Source: Candidatus Aenigmatarchaeota archaeon (GTDB taxonomy: Archaea > Aenigmatarchaeota > Aenigmatarchaeia > GW2011-AR5). Taken from it: a DNA stretch of 64,000 nucleotides. The position numbers were made by a program, and so were the translations under genes. The notes under the pieces were generated by a model that saw only the letters and a program-made list of their open reading frames with translations, was not told the DNA's origin and did no database searches. Location of the stretch: contig JACPAG010000003.1 of NCBI GenBank assembly GCA_016180945.1, forward strand, positions 39,312-103,311, given 5' to 3'. Positions 9,430 through 18,509 of the stretch are shown here, piece after piece; position 1 is the stretch's first letter; each line of letters opens with the position of its first letter.

Positions 9430-9912
9430 TTACAGTCCCCTGCTCTTCTTGCCAGCGCTCGTCAGTCCGCGGAAAACGCGTTTTCTCTGGCCGCCTACCC
9501 AGTTGATTTTTGGGTCAGCCCTTATCGCCGGATGGTTCGGGTCCGCTAAAATGACTTCATAGTACCTGTGCGTGCCGCTCTCGCCTACATAATAGCTGTT
9601 CAGAACTTCCATGTTGGGAAATTTTCTCGCAACCCGTTTTTCAGCTATCGCCTGCAGCGATTGCTCTGTCGTAAAGAATATGCCGGATTTGCTGGGTTTT
9701 CGCCCCTTGCGTATAGTTGGCCTTTTCCGCCCGCCCTTCCCTATCCGTGTTCGTGCTATAACATAACCTTGTTTTGCCCTGTAGCCTAATGACCTGGCGC
9801 GCTTGAGGCGCGACGGCCTTTCAACCCTGTTGACCACCGGTTCTCTGGACCATTTTCTGACCTTTTCCTTGTAGGCAGGTTTGTTCCAGTCGGTTGAAGT
9901 ATAAAGGGCCAT
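9430..9912 (-). CDS. rpl15e: 50S ribosomal protein eL15
   Basis: RARSLGYRAKQG, NMEVLNSYYV, RVFRGLTSAGKKSRGL. Confidence 0.97.
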   Translation of the reverse strand: MALYTSTDWNKPAYKEKVRKWSREPVVNRVERPSRLKRARSLGYRAKQGYVIARTRIGKGGRKRPTIRKGRKPSKSGIFFTTEQSLQAIAEKRVARKFPNMEVLNSYYVGESGTHRYYEVILADPNHPAIRADPKINWVGGQRKRVFRGLTSAGKKSRGL

Positions 9913-9917
9913 TGATA

Positions 9918-10247
9918 TCACTGCTTGTATTTCTTCACGATTTCAACAATCTGCTTGATTTCCTCTTTTTTCAGGTTAGTTCTTTCCTTGGAGAATAAAG
10001 CCTCGACCTCTTCCTCTGTGTCCGGCAGCGTATTGATTATAAGAGCGGCGTATCTCGGCTTGATGATGGAGATTTTTCCGAGCTCTTCGATAATAGACTC
10101 AATCTTGGAAGGGGTCAGCTTGATGGTCTTTTCCAGGTATTCAAGGCATATCTTCTGCTCGTAAACCAGGTCCCTTTCCTTTTTCCTCTCTTCCATTATC
10201 TTTTTTGCGTTAACTGCGCTTACATCCTCTTCCGAAACTATCTCCAC
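9918..10247 (-). CDS. rpoF: RNA polymerase subunit F (Rpo4)
   Basis: L.YEQ....EYL, IINTLP, EEIKQIVEIVKKY; downstream of rpl21e. Confidence 0.85.
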   Translation of the reverse strand: MEIVSEEDVSAVNAKKIMEERKKERDLVYEQKICLEYLEKTIKLTPSKIESIIEELGKISIIKPRYAALIINTLPDTEEEVEALFSKERTNLKKEEIKQIVEIVKKYKQ

Positions 10248-10259
10248 ATATATCACCCT

Positions 10260-10559
10260 CTAATCAATATCGTAATGAACCAGCTTTCCTTCTGCTGTCC
10301 TCATTATTTCCCTGCTCAAACCTGCGACGCCTCTTAATCTTAGACTAAAATTATAGCCTCTTAATTGTCCCAATAATTGTCTTGTTTCATCAATATTCCC
10401 TCTCTCAGCAGAGCCAACTGCATCTTGAACAGTCCTTACAAATTCTGGAGTTAATGAAGGCACAGCAGTTATTAAATCATAGCCATGCCTCGCGCCAGCA
10501 GTTACCGTTGCAGTTCCATAAATACATATCGGTTCTGCCCGCACCGTAGTATTAACCAT
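10260..10559 (-). CDS. Orphan ORF between rpl21e and rpoF
   Basis: 99-aa ORF fills the gap; A/T-ending codons. Confidence 0.55.
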   Translation of the reverse strand: MVNTTVRAEPICIYGTATVTAGARHGYDLITAVPSLTPEFVRTVQDAVGSAERGNIDETRQLLGQLRGYNFSLRLRGVAGLSREIMRTAEGKLVHYDID

Positions 10560-10574
10560 TTTTATTCAACTTTT

Positions 10575-10850
10575 TCATTTCGTACTTGCCTTCCTCAGGT
10601 TTTCAGACTTCAGGCATATAGTCTTGGTTTTGTTGCCGTCCTTGATCTGGATGACATAACCGCCGCCCCTTGTTTCCAGCACCCTGCCTGTTAAGCCCTG
10701 GAATTTCGGATGGGGCATTCTCTGCGTCGAGAAATCAACATGGACAAGCTCGCCAGCTTCAAACGTATCCAGGAAACGGGTTACGCTGGCCTTTTTGCCG
10801 GCCATCTTTTGGCGCGTGCCGCGCATTTTGCCGTATGATTTGCGAACCAC
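10575..10850 (-). CDS. rpl21e: 50S ribosomal protein eL21
   Basis: KSYGKMRGTR, MPHPKFQGLTGRV, IKDGNKTK; GTG start after AGGTG. Confidence 0.94.
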   Translation of the reverse strand: MVRKSYGKMRGTRQKMAGKKASVTRFLDTFEAGELVHVDFSTQRMPHPKFQGLTGRVLETRGGGYVIQIKDGNKTKTICLKSENLRKASTK

Positions 10851-10995
10851 CAGAACACCTATGCTAAATGGTATGTTCCGATATAACCTGTGACTAAAGT
10901 CACAGGTTCCTATGAACATAGCATCTCAGATACATTTTCAATGTATCTGTAGATAATCAATAAAGCTTAAAAAGTGTATATCTAAGGTTTTGTTT

Positions 10996-11208
10996 ATGTT
11001 ATTAGTTTGGGGGAACGGAATAAATTTAGACGGTCTCGAATACAAAGCAGCGGTTGTTTTTAGGGGCAAAGTTTCTTATCGAGGAATATTGCAGTACAAC
11101 CCTGATGGCGTTCCCTGTTTATTCGGTTGTGCTATAACTGGAAGTAATATTGAAGAACCAATGTTATATCCTCTGCAAGAAGGGGATGCTTTAGCTTTGC
11201 CGGAGTGA
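10996..11208 (+). CDS. Orphan ORF upstream of cutA
   Basis: Short AT-biased ORF ending 4 nt before cutA. Confidence 0.45.
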   Translation: MLLVWGNGINLDGLEYKAAVVFRGKVSYRGILQYNPDGVPCLFGCAITGSNIEEPMLYPLQEGDALALPE

Positions 11209-11212
11209 GTTT

Positions 11213-11527
11213 ATGCCATTCGTTTCTGTATACATAACGTGCAAGAACGTCAAAGAAGCCAAGCGATTAGCAGAAGTTCTGGTTAAAGAGCGTCTGGTCG
11301 CCTGCGCAAACATAATTCCAAAGATGGAATCGCTTTACCGGTGGAAAGGTAAGATTCAAAACGAGTCCGAAGCAGCCCTGATTGGAAAAACGATATCAGA
11401 AAACGCAAAGAAGATAATCAAACGTGTTAAGGAACTTCACAGCTACGATACCCCGTGCGTCGTGTTCTGGCCCATCATAGACGGCAACAAGGATTATCTG
11501 GAATGGATAAGAAAAGAAACGAAATAA
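11213..11527 (+). CDS. cutA: Divalent-cation tolerance protein CutA
   Basis: LVACANII, SLYRWKGKI, LHSYDTP, YLEWI. Confidence 0.95.
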   Translation: MPFVSVYITCKNVKEAKRLAEVLVKERLVACANIIPKMESLYRWKGKIQNESEAALIGKTISENAKKIIKRVKELHSYDTPCVVFWPIIDGNKDYLEWIRKETK

Positions 11528-11575
11528 GTCTATCGTCCGTTATAAGCATTCAGGATTCTTCTCAGGTCGCCTTCA

Positions 11576-11676
11576 TACAAGCGATACCACCAGTCTCGGA
11601 CTGGTGGTTCGTGGTGTAAAAAACTTTGTCGGTAATATACAATGATGCCACCGGTCTATTGACCGGTGGAGACAAC
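11576..11676 (+). mobile_element. R2 palindromic element, copy 1
   Basis: TACAAGCGATACCACCAGTCTCGGACTGGTGGTTCGTGGTGTAAAAAACTTTGTCG shared with 26957, 30701, 46055. Confidence 0.75.
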
Positions 11677-12044
11677 CAAAAATTAAAAGCGCCATTTCTA
11701 CCTCGGCATAATTATGCCGCCTTGCCAATTCGCCGAGCGTTGTTCTTTTTTCCGCTGTATGGTTTACAAAAAGTCGTTTCTGAACTTCAGTAACAGCTAT
11801 TAGCGGTTCGTCACGAAGTTGTCTGTAAGCACCCAAAGCAGGACCGAGAACTAGCCCTGCAGCAGCTTCCGTGACCTGCTGGTAAACATCTGGGCGCCTT
11901 TGAAAAGGTCTTGACCCGGTTACCCTTATCCTTTGAGGCACTCTCGCGTGCCTTGCAGGTTTCGGCATTTAAAAGATAATGCCGAAGAGATTTTAAGCTC
12001 GATTCCTGCAAAAGATTCTTAAGCACCGCAAATAGAGGAATGTT

Positions 12045-12638
12045 ATGGCCGGCAAATTAATCGCATTCGAAGGATTAGACGGAAGCGGCATCACCACTCA
12101 GGCCACGCTGCTAAGAAATTATTTTCTGACCCAGGGAAAAGACGTCATCCTCACCAAGGAGCCTACTGACGGCCTGATAGGCGGCATAATAAAGGCCTGC
12201 CTGCGCAAAGAGTGGAAAACAAATCCGCTTGCGCTGCAGCTTCTCATGGTCGCCGACCGCTCGCATCATTTGGCGACGGAGATAGAGCCGGCATTGAAAA
12301 AAAACATGACCGTCATATCCGACCGGTATATTTTGTCAACGCTTGCCTACGGCAGTCCGGACGTAGATATGAAGACGCTGCAGCAGCTCAATAACGGATT
12401 CAGAAAACCCAATCTCACGATTATGATAGACACGCATCCCCGTGTATGTCTGGAGCGGATAAAAAAGTCACGGCATCACATAGAGCTGTTTGAAGATGAA
12501 CAAAAGTTCAACCAGACAAGGAACAATTACCTTTCGCTGAAGAACCATTTCCCGAACACGCACGTCATAGACGGCAACCGCACGCCGGAAGAGGTCCTGA
12601 GGGACGTGAAAAGGATTGTGGAAAAGGCAGAGATGTGA
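12045..12638 (+). CDS. tmk: Thymidylate kinase
   Basis: FEGLDGSG.TTQ, TKEP, ADR..H, SDRY..S..AY. Confidence 0.94.
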   Translation: MAGKLIAFEGLDGSGITTQATLLRNYFLTQGKDVILTKEPTDGLIGGIIKACLRKEWKTNPLALQLLMVADRSHHLATEIEPALKKNMTVISDRYILSTLAYGSPDVDMKTLQQLNNGFRKPNLTIMIDTHPRVCLERIKKSRHHIELFEDEQKFNQTRNNYLSLKNHFPNTHVIDGNRTPEEVLRDVKRIVEKAEM

Positions 12639-12639
12639 T

Positions 12640-12964
12640 TTACCTTTTCCGTCTAAAAAACGAATTCTCAAGTTGTTCTAATTCTTTTATAGGTTTGTAA
12701 TCGAAGAAAGAAACAAAAATATCCTTAGTTTTCTCATTTTCTAAAATTATCTGAAATCTTTTATTTTTGTTATATACACAGGAAAGGGTCAGAAAATGGT
12801 GGTGCCATGGCTCTCTTCTTCTGGAGTAACCCTCGGCAAGTTCTATAATCTTTTCTATGCTTACATTCGGATAGAACGGCCAGACTTTAGAAGTCTGGGA
12901 TGATATAGCGTTCTATCCGATGTCACGCCAGCCTCTTTAGAGGCTGGCCGTTGACTTCCTTCAT
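12640..12964 (-). pseudogene. 77-aa WHHH-motif protein interrupted after codon 3 by a 91-bp palindromic element
   Basis: ATG AAG GAA (12964-12956) joined to GTA AGC ATA... (12864-12640) gives an open frame MKEVSIEKII...PWHHHFL...RRKR*. Confidence 0.65.
12865..12955 (-). mobile_element. Non-autonomous IS200/IS605-like palindromic element (PATE-like)
   Basis: Starts GTCAAC; hairpins GCCAGCCTC-TAAA-GAGGCTGGC and CCAGACTT-CTA-AAGTCTGG; no clear TSD beyond an ambiguous GT. Confidence 0.6.
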
Positions 12965-12966
12965 GT

Positions 12967-13458
12967 CTACCCCTTCTCTTCTTCTTTTACCAGCTCTTTT
13001 ATCTTCTCTTTACCAGCTCCAAAATACTCTTCAAAATGCGGCGTTGTTCTGAGCAGCTTTGTACGGGATTTCTTCTCGCTTTTTACAAGCCCGCGCGTCT
13101 CCAGTTCTTTTACGTATTCATACGTTCTGTTGCCGATAACCTTGACTATGTCCGCCTGGCTTATAGGCTCGTGATATGCGATTATAGACAGCACCCTTAA
13201 CAATCCCCTTGAAAGGTCGGCGTGCGGCGTGAGGTGCGAAACCTTTTCAACATGCTCCGGTTTTACGATAAGCTTGTAGCCGCCCCCTTCTGAAAGCTTT
13301 ATCCCGGAATCGTCGCCGGAATATTTATTCCTTAGTTGGGAAAGCAGTTTTTCTATCTCTTCCGTCCTTGTTTTCATGATTTTCTGCAGCTCTTCCATTG
13401 TCAACGGCCCGCTTGTCGTGAACAGAACAGCTTCGAGAAGCGCTAACTTGCTCGGCAT
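12967..13458 (-). CDS. scpB: SMC-Scp complex subunit ScpB
   Basis: LEAVLF, LSIIAYHEPISQADI, TTPHFEEYFG. Confidence 0.93.
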   Translation of the reverse strand: MPSKLALLEAVLFTTSGPLTMEELQKIMKTRTEEIEKLLSQLRNKYSGDDSGIKLSEGGGYKLIVKPEHVEKVSHLTPHADLSRGLLRVLSIIAYHEPISQADIVKVIGNRTYEYVKELETRGLVKSEKKSRTKLLRTTPHFEEYFGAGKEKIKELVKEEEKG

Positions 13459-13590
13459 AGTGACCAATACTATTGTGACATGACAGTATATATAAATTGT
13501 AGAGAAAAAGAACAGGAAACAGGCTAATGTTTAGCCTTTACCTACCTCATAATTACATATTCAATTAGAACCAAATCCATCAGCATTTAC

Positions 13591-14259
13591 TTATACCACC
13601 CTCACCGTAATGTCCTTGAAAAATTCCTCCTGCTCGCATACAACCTTTCCGCGGTTTGAGAGGTGCAGCAGCGGCAGGAATATTTCCACTATTTCCTTCC
13701 TTTTCCAGACCGGAACTATATCCGAAAATTTCATGAAAGTGCCGTGCCTTAGTATCTGGTCAAAGACATTTTTTATCCTTATCTCTATATCCTCCTCCGG
13801 TTCTATCAGCCCTTCCACCCTTCTTCTCATGCGCAGCTTCTTCGTTTCTTTTCTTTCCTTGAATTCGAATGCCTTGTTCAGCGCGGATACAAGTTCTGTC
13901 AGTGTCACCTTCCTTGTCGGCTTTCTTTCCAGCGGAGGCGATAGTGACGGAATATCCTCTATGTTTATCGGCGGTGGCGATTCCCCTTTTATTTCTTCCT
14001 TCGGTTCTTCTTCCTCCAGCAGCAGCTCGCATTTCATCCTCAGCAGTATGGCGGCTATCAGTACGAACCTGGCCGGCACCCGGAAATCAAACGTCTTCAG
14101 CCGTTTCAGGTAAAACATGAAAGAATCCGTCAGCTTTATGATATCCACGACAGCCGGGTCCATTCCCTCTTCTACAACTATGTTGGTCAGCACCTCCTGC
14201 CAGTCGCTTCCCGCGACAATCGTCTGTATCAGCTTGTTTTCATCTATCATAGCCATCAC
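13591..14259 (-). CDS. scpA: Kleisin ScpA
   Basis: MDP..VDI..L, AAILLRMK, VTLTELVSAL, FLPLLHL...Q.EFF.DI. Confidence 0.92.
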   Translation of the reverse strand: MMAMIDENKLIQTIVAGSDWQEVLTNIVVEEGMDPAVVDIIKLTDSFMFYLKRLKTFDFRVPARFVLIAAILLRMKCELLLEEEEPKEEIKGESPPPINIEDIPSLSPPLERKPTRKVTLTELVSALNKAFEFKERKETKKLRMRRRVEGLIEPEEDIEIRIKNVFDQILRHGTFMKFSDIVPVWKRKEIVEIFLPLLHLSNRGKVVCEQEEFFKDITVRVV

Positions 14260-14456
14260 TAGTTTCTCGAAAATCCGAAGGTATAAACAGGCGTAAATAA
14301 ATCCTGCAATCTGGATTTATTCTCGAATACACACCTTACAAATTCTACAAATGTATCCCGATAAGTTTCAGCAGACGAGAAAACCTCTCCTAATTCTGGA
14401 GATGTCATCCAGAAATATCTTCCATCATGTCTTACCTCTATCTTTAATTTATTCAT
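14259..14456 (-). CDS. Orphan ORF between smc and scpA (possibly HicB-like fold)
   Basis: 65 aa, fills the gap, stop overlaps scpA start; DGRYFWMTSPEL..VFSSAET resembles HicB N-termini. Confidence 0.5.
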   Translation of the reverse strand: MNKLKIEVRHDGRYFWMTSPELGEVFSSAETYRDTFVEFVRCVFENKSRLQDLFTPVYTFGFSRN

Positions 14457-14458
14457 AG

Positions 14459-16867
14459 CTATTCCTTCGGCAACTCTATGCCAAATACCTTTGACACGCC
14501 GTCTTCCATCGAAACGCCGAACACCTTGTCAGCTTCCTGGATTGTGAAGTCGTTATGTGTTATCACAATAAACTGGCTGGTTTTCGAATATTTTTTCACC
14601 ACGTCCACGATTTTTCTGGTATTCGGCTTGTCCAGGGCCGCGTCCACTTCGTCCAGTATGTAAAAAGGCGAATAGTAGAGCTGCATTATGGCGAACAGGA
14701 ACGCCAGTGACGTCAGCGTCTTTTCTCCGCCGGACATCGAATCCAGGTTGACTATGTTTTTGCCTGCAGGCGACGCCTCTACTATCAGGCCCGAATCTAT
14801 GTTGTTTTCTATTTCCAGTCTCAGCCTTCCAGTCCCGTTCATCAGGTCTTTGTATATGTTCGAGAAGTTCTCGGAAATCTTGTCCAGCGTTTCCATGAAT
14901 TTGTCGTAACGCCTTTTTTCCACTTCTTGGACGATTTTTATGACAGCCGCCTTTTCTTCCAGCAGTTTGTCCAGCTTCTTTTTCATTTCCTCGAACTCGA
15001 CATTAATCGTCTTGAACTCTTCGATGGCTCGCATATTTACCGGGCCTAAACCGTTTATTTCGATTATGTATTTTCTTATATTCTCCTGCAGTTCTTGCAG
15101 ACCCAGTTTAACAAACTCTTTTACGTCAGAGAATTCTTCAGCCTCCACCCTGAGGTTATCCAATGTCGCTTCTATCCTGGCCTTTTCTATCTTCAGCTTG
15201 CTTATTTCGTTCTGCATAACCAGGCGCTCTTCGAAGAGGCGCTTGCGCATCCCTCTTAGTTTTTCTATTTCCTGCTCTTCTTTTTCTTTTTCCGTAACCA
15301 GTTTTGTGACCTCTTCAGATTCCGTCTCCTGCAGGGATTTCAGCTTTTCCAGTTGCACCTCCAGTTTTTTTATCTCTTCCTTTATAGAGGCATTTTCCGC
15401 TTCAACCCGTTGTATATCCGCCGTTGCCGTAAGCAACTTCTTGTAATAGCCGCCTATCATGGCGCCTGAAGTTTCTATCAAATCGCCGTCCAGCGTGACT
15501 ATCCTGAACCCGTTTATTTTTCTGGCAGTGTCTATATTGTCAACCACTATCGTGCTTCCAAGAACGTACTCCATCGCCTGCGAATATTTGCCGTCAAATT
15601 CTATTAGGTCTATGGCATAGCCGATTATTTTTTTGCCGCACTCCTTTCTCCTTCTGGTCCTTATCCTGTTCAGCGGTATGAAGCGCGCCCTTCCTACCTT
15701 TTTCTCCTTGAGGAATTTTATGCATCTCGCAGCTATTTCATCCGTTTCGACGACGATGTCATTTACATGCCTTCCGATGGCAACTTCCAGCGCTATCGAA
15801 TATTTGGCGGGTATTTTAACCAGCGAAGCCACCGTGCCGTATACGCCGTCCAGCCCCAGATTCATGACCTCTTTTACAAGATGGCTTGCTACAGGCGCCA
15901 TGCTTTTGAGCCTTGCAACCTCTCTCTCGTTAACGTCAATCCTGTCGTGCTTCCGCAGAATCTCCGTTTGAACTTTGTCTATATTTCTCAGTATGTCGTA
16001 ATTCTTGGATTTCTGTATTATTTCATCGCCCTTTTTCTGCACGCTTTTTTCTGTTTTTTCCAAGCTGTTTTCTGCCTCGAAGAAAGTCTTTTCAAGTGTG
16101 GCGAATTTTTCCGTCTTTTCGTCTGCACCTTTATTTATCACGGCCGCTTTTTCTTCTTCGTCCGAAATTTTTTTCTTCAGCAGCGACGCCCTGAATTTTC
16201 TTAATTTGTCATTCAGTTCCTGGTATTTCTCGGCCGTTTCTTTTTCCGACTTTAATCTGGATACAAGCCGCTGCTTCTCTGCAACCACTATCATGCTCTC
16301 CCTGACTAGATTTTCCACTCTTTCCAGTTCCCTCGTTGCTTTTTCCTTCTTTTCGTCGAACTCTGCTATCCCTGATATTTCATCTACGACGCCGCGCCTT
16401 TCTAGAGGGCCCATTTCTATTATCCTCGTAACGTCGCCCTGCATGATGATATTGTAGCCTTCCGGCGAAAGCTTCGCGTTCGCCAGCAGGTCGAGCAGTT
16501 TCGACCTCGTAACCGTCTTCCCGTCCAGTTTGTAAACGGTTATGCCGCTTCTGCTTATCTTCCTGGTTATTTTCACTTCCTCCTCTCCGGGCAGCTGCTT
16601 GTCTTTGTTGTCCAGATATAGGGTCACCTCGCAGTAATCAGCCGGCTTCCTGTTTTTGCCGCCGTTGAAAAGCAGGTTCTGCAGTTTCTCCGCCCTGATA
16701 GAGCGCGCGGAAGACGTGCCGAGAACAAACGTTATAGCGTCGCAGATGTTGCTTTTTCCGCTCCCGTTTGGACCGCACACGCAGTTGAATCCCGTCGGAA
16801 ACGGTATCGTAACCCTGTTGGCAAAGCTCTTGAAGCCCTGCATCGTTATCCTGTCTAGTCTGACCAT
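14459..16867 (-). CDS. smc: Chromosome segregation ATPase Smc (short arms, 802 aa)
   Basis: GFKSF, GPNGSGKSN, Q-loop, hinge GVYGTV...GAMIGG, MSGGEK, LDEVDAALD, ITH. Confidence 0.96.
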   Translation of the reverse strand: MVRLDRITMQGFKSFANRVTIPFPTGFNCVCGPNGSGKSNICDAITFVLGTSSARSIRAEKLQNLLFNGGKNRKPADYCEVTLYLDNKDKQLPGEEEVKITRKISRSGITVYKLDGKTVTRSKLLDLLANAKLSPEGYNIIMQGDVTRIIEMGPLERRGVVDEISGIAEFDEKKEKATRELERVENLVRESMIVVAEKQRLVSRLKSEKETAEKYQELNDKLRKFRASLLKKKISDEEEKAAVINKGADEKTEKFATLEKTFFEAENSLEKTEKSVQKKGDEIIQKSKNYDILRNIDKVQTEILRKHDRIDVNEREVARLKSMAPVASHLVKEVMNLGLDGVYGTVASLVKIPAKYSIALEVAIGRHVNDIVVETDEIAARCIKFLKEKKVGRARFIPLNRIRTRRRKECGKKIIGYAIDLIEFDGKYSQAMEYVLGSTIVVDNIDTARKINGFRIVTLDGDLIETSGAMIGGYYKKLLTATADIQRVEAENASIKEEIKKLEVQLEKLKSLQETESEEVTKLVTEKEKEEQEIEKLRGMRKRLFEERLVMQNEISKLKIEKARIEATLDNLRVEAEEFSDVKEFVKLGLQELQENIRKYIIEINGLGPVNMRAIEEFKTINVEFEEMKKKLDKLLEEKAAVIKIVQEVEKRRYDKFMETLDKISENFSNIYKDLMNGTGRLRLEIENNIDSGLIVEASPAGKNIVNLDSMSGGEKTLTSLAFLFAIMQLYYSPFYILDEVDAALDKPNTRKIVDVVKKYSKTSQFIVITHNDFTIQEADKVFGVSMEDGVSKVFGIELPKE

Positions 16868-16872
16868 AAGCA

Positions 16873-17022
16873 TCACCGCCTTTTCTTTCCCTTTTCCAGT
16901 TTCTCGTAAATAACGTTGTTTATGAAAGAAGCTATAGAAGGGTACTGGTATTTGTTGTCGTTATTGTCCAAGAACTCCTTTATCTTCTTTAGCAACCTGT
17001 CGTCTATTCTAACTACAGCCAT
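16873..17022 (-). CDS. Ribbon-helix-helix (CopG/Arc-like) protein, not in ORF track
   Basis: MAVVRIDDRLLKKIKEFL...YPSIASFINNVIYEKLEK; GGGGA upstream; stop overlaps smc RBS. Confidence 0.75.
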   Translation of the reverse strand: MAVVRIDDRLLKKIKEFLDNNDNKYQYPSIASFINNVIYEKLEKGKKRR

Positions 17023-17029
17023 ATAATCC

Positions 17030-17078
17030 CCTAGTTACTATTGATTACTATATGTAACATTATGTAATTAGTATATAA
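17030..17078 (-). promoter_or_regulatory. Candidate promoter/operator of the rhh-smc operon
   Basis: TTTATATA box followed by repeated TTACAT and TAGTAA half-sites. Confidence 0.4.
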
Positions 17079-17103
17079 AGATGTGAGAAACAGATGAAAT
17101 TTA

Positions 17104-18351
17104 TCATGGCGCTTCCGCCAGCATCTTCTCGACTTCTTTCTTTTCAGCGAGATTGGTCAAAAATTCTTCGGAGCCAATCTCTTTCCGTCCGCCTGTGTAA
17201 GGAAGCAGTTTTTCCACCTTTTTGCGGAATGATTCGTCCTTTGACGCTTTGACCATGAGTCGGTCTATCATGAAAGGGAATTTCTTTCCTATGACCTGGA
17301 GCCTGTAGTTCGCTTTGATTTCCGGCCCTATCGCCTCCCAGAGAAGCGTATCGTATTTTTTCAGGAAGCCCTCGCTGAAGTCTCCGCGCTGCAGTGCTTC
17401 TGTAGCTATTTGCGCCGCAATTCTGGCTGAAATCATTGCATTGCCGAGACCCTCGCCGCTTAGCGGGTCGATAAGCGAAGCCGCGTCGCCCAGAATCAGC
17501 AGCCCGTTTCCAAAAGATTTTCTGCGGTAGCTCGCAACAGGCAAATTCCACCCTTTCACGTCTTCTAGGGGCGTAGCGTCTTTGAACCTCTCTTTGAAAA
17601 GTGGATTTTCCTTTATCTCTCTTAACGTCGCCTCTTTCAGGTTAACCTTCCTGTCGTGCATGTCTTTTACGATCATGCCCAGCCCTACGTTCGCTTCGCC
17701 GTTAGGCAGCGGGAATATCCAGAAATAGCCTGGTATAAGGCTCTTTATCAGGTGTAATTCTATCCTGTCCGTCATGCCTTTTACGCCCTTGTAATACTGG
17801 CGCGTGGCAACTATGAAATGTTCAGGCGGATTCTTGTTCAGCCCGAGCTTTTGCGCAACCAAACTATTTGCCCCGTCAGCAGCCAGCACTATTTTTGCCC
17901 TTATCTCTTCCCGCTGGCCGTTTTCATTCCCAATAACCCCTTTTACGATATTGTTTTCAATGATCAGGTCTGTCACGTTAAAGATTCTGAATGCCGCCGC
18001 CTTCTTTGCGTTCTCCGCCAAGAAATTATCGAGAACCATTCTCCTGTGCACATATCCCGGTGCCGGTTCGCTTCGCGAAGCCACATCTAAGTGAATTTGC
18101 GTCCCGTTCGGGGAGCTTAGTGTGATGCCGTAAATCTTCTGGCCCGGCAGTTTTGTATATTCCTCGTAAATGCCCAGCTCTTTCATTATAGCAGCCGCTT
18201 TCCTGCCCTGCGCGTCGCCGCATATCTTGTCCCTCGGAAATGCAGCCTTGTCAACGACCAGCACCTTCTCTTTTCCCAGTGCCTTGGCCAGATACATAGC
18301 CGCTACAGAACCGGCAGGCCCGCAGCCTATGACAATGGCGTCGTAATCCAT
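17104..18351 (-). CDS. Geranylgeranyl reductase family FAD oxidoreductase
   Basis: GCGPAG, FPRDKICGD, ADGANS, PGYFWIFP, GDAA..IDPLSGEG. Confidence 0.9.
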   Translation of the reverse strand: MDYDAIVIGCGPAGSVAAMYLAKALGKEKVLVVDKAAFPRDKICGDAQGRKAAAIMKELGIYEEYTKLPGQKIYGITLSSPNGTQIHLDVASRSEPAPGYVHRRMVLDNFLAENAKKAAAFRIFNVTDLIIENNIVKGVIGNENGQREEIRAKIVLAADGANSLVAQKLGLNKNPPEHFIVATRQYYKGVKGMTDRIELHLIKSLIPGYFWIFPLPNGEANVGLGMIVKDMHDRKVNLKEATLREIKENPLFKERFKDATPLEDVKGWNLPVASYRRKSFGNGLLILGDAASLIDPLSGEGLGNAMISARIAAQIATEALQRGDFSEGFLKKYDTLLWEAIGPEIKANYRLQVIGKKFPFMIDRLMVKASKDESFRKKVEKLLPYTGGRKEIGSEEFLTNLAEKKEVEKMLAEAP

Positions 18352-18420
18352 GCCAGTTTCTTTGAATCCAAGATTTTAATAGGTTTCGCAAGAGTTAACC
18401 TTATGCCGATCATAAATAAA

Positions 18421-18509
18421 ATGGCTACAAGCAGGATTCTAAAGAATCCTGCTGTACAGAAGGTTCGTTTCAACGAACCTTCTTGTATCGACTCGCCGAG
18501 CGAGGGGAT
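18421..18509 (+). repeat. R1 element split by a 60-bp two-hairpin insert (18428-18487)
   Basis: ATGGCTA[CAAGCAGGATTC-TAAA-GAATCCTGC...GAAGGTTCGTT-TC-AACGAACCTTC-TTGTA]TCGACTCGC-CGA-GCGAGGGGATG. Confidence 0.75.

Noticed and set aside
12865..12955. BHB-type mRNA intron
   Set aside because: No bulge-helix-bulge could be formed at the junctions; a DNA-level insertion fits better.
13610..16913. Ser/Phe-rich plus-strand ORFs opposite smc/scpA and similar antisense ORFs elsewhere
   Set aside because: Shadow frames of Lys/Glu-rich genes.
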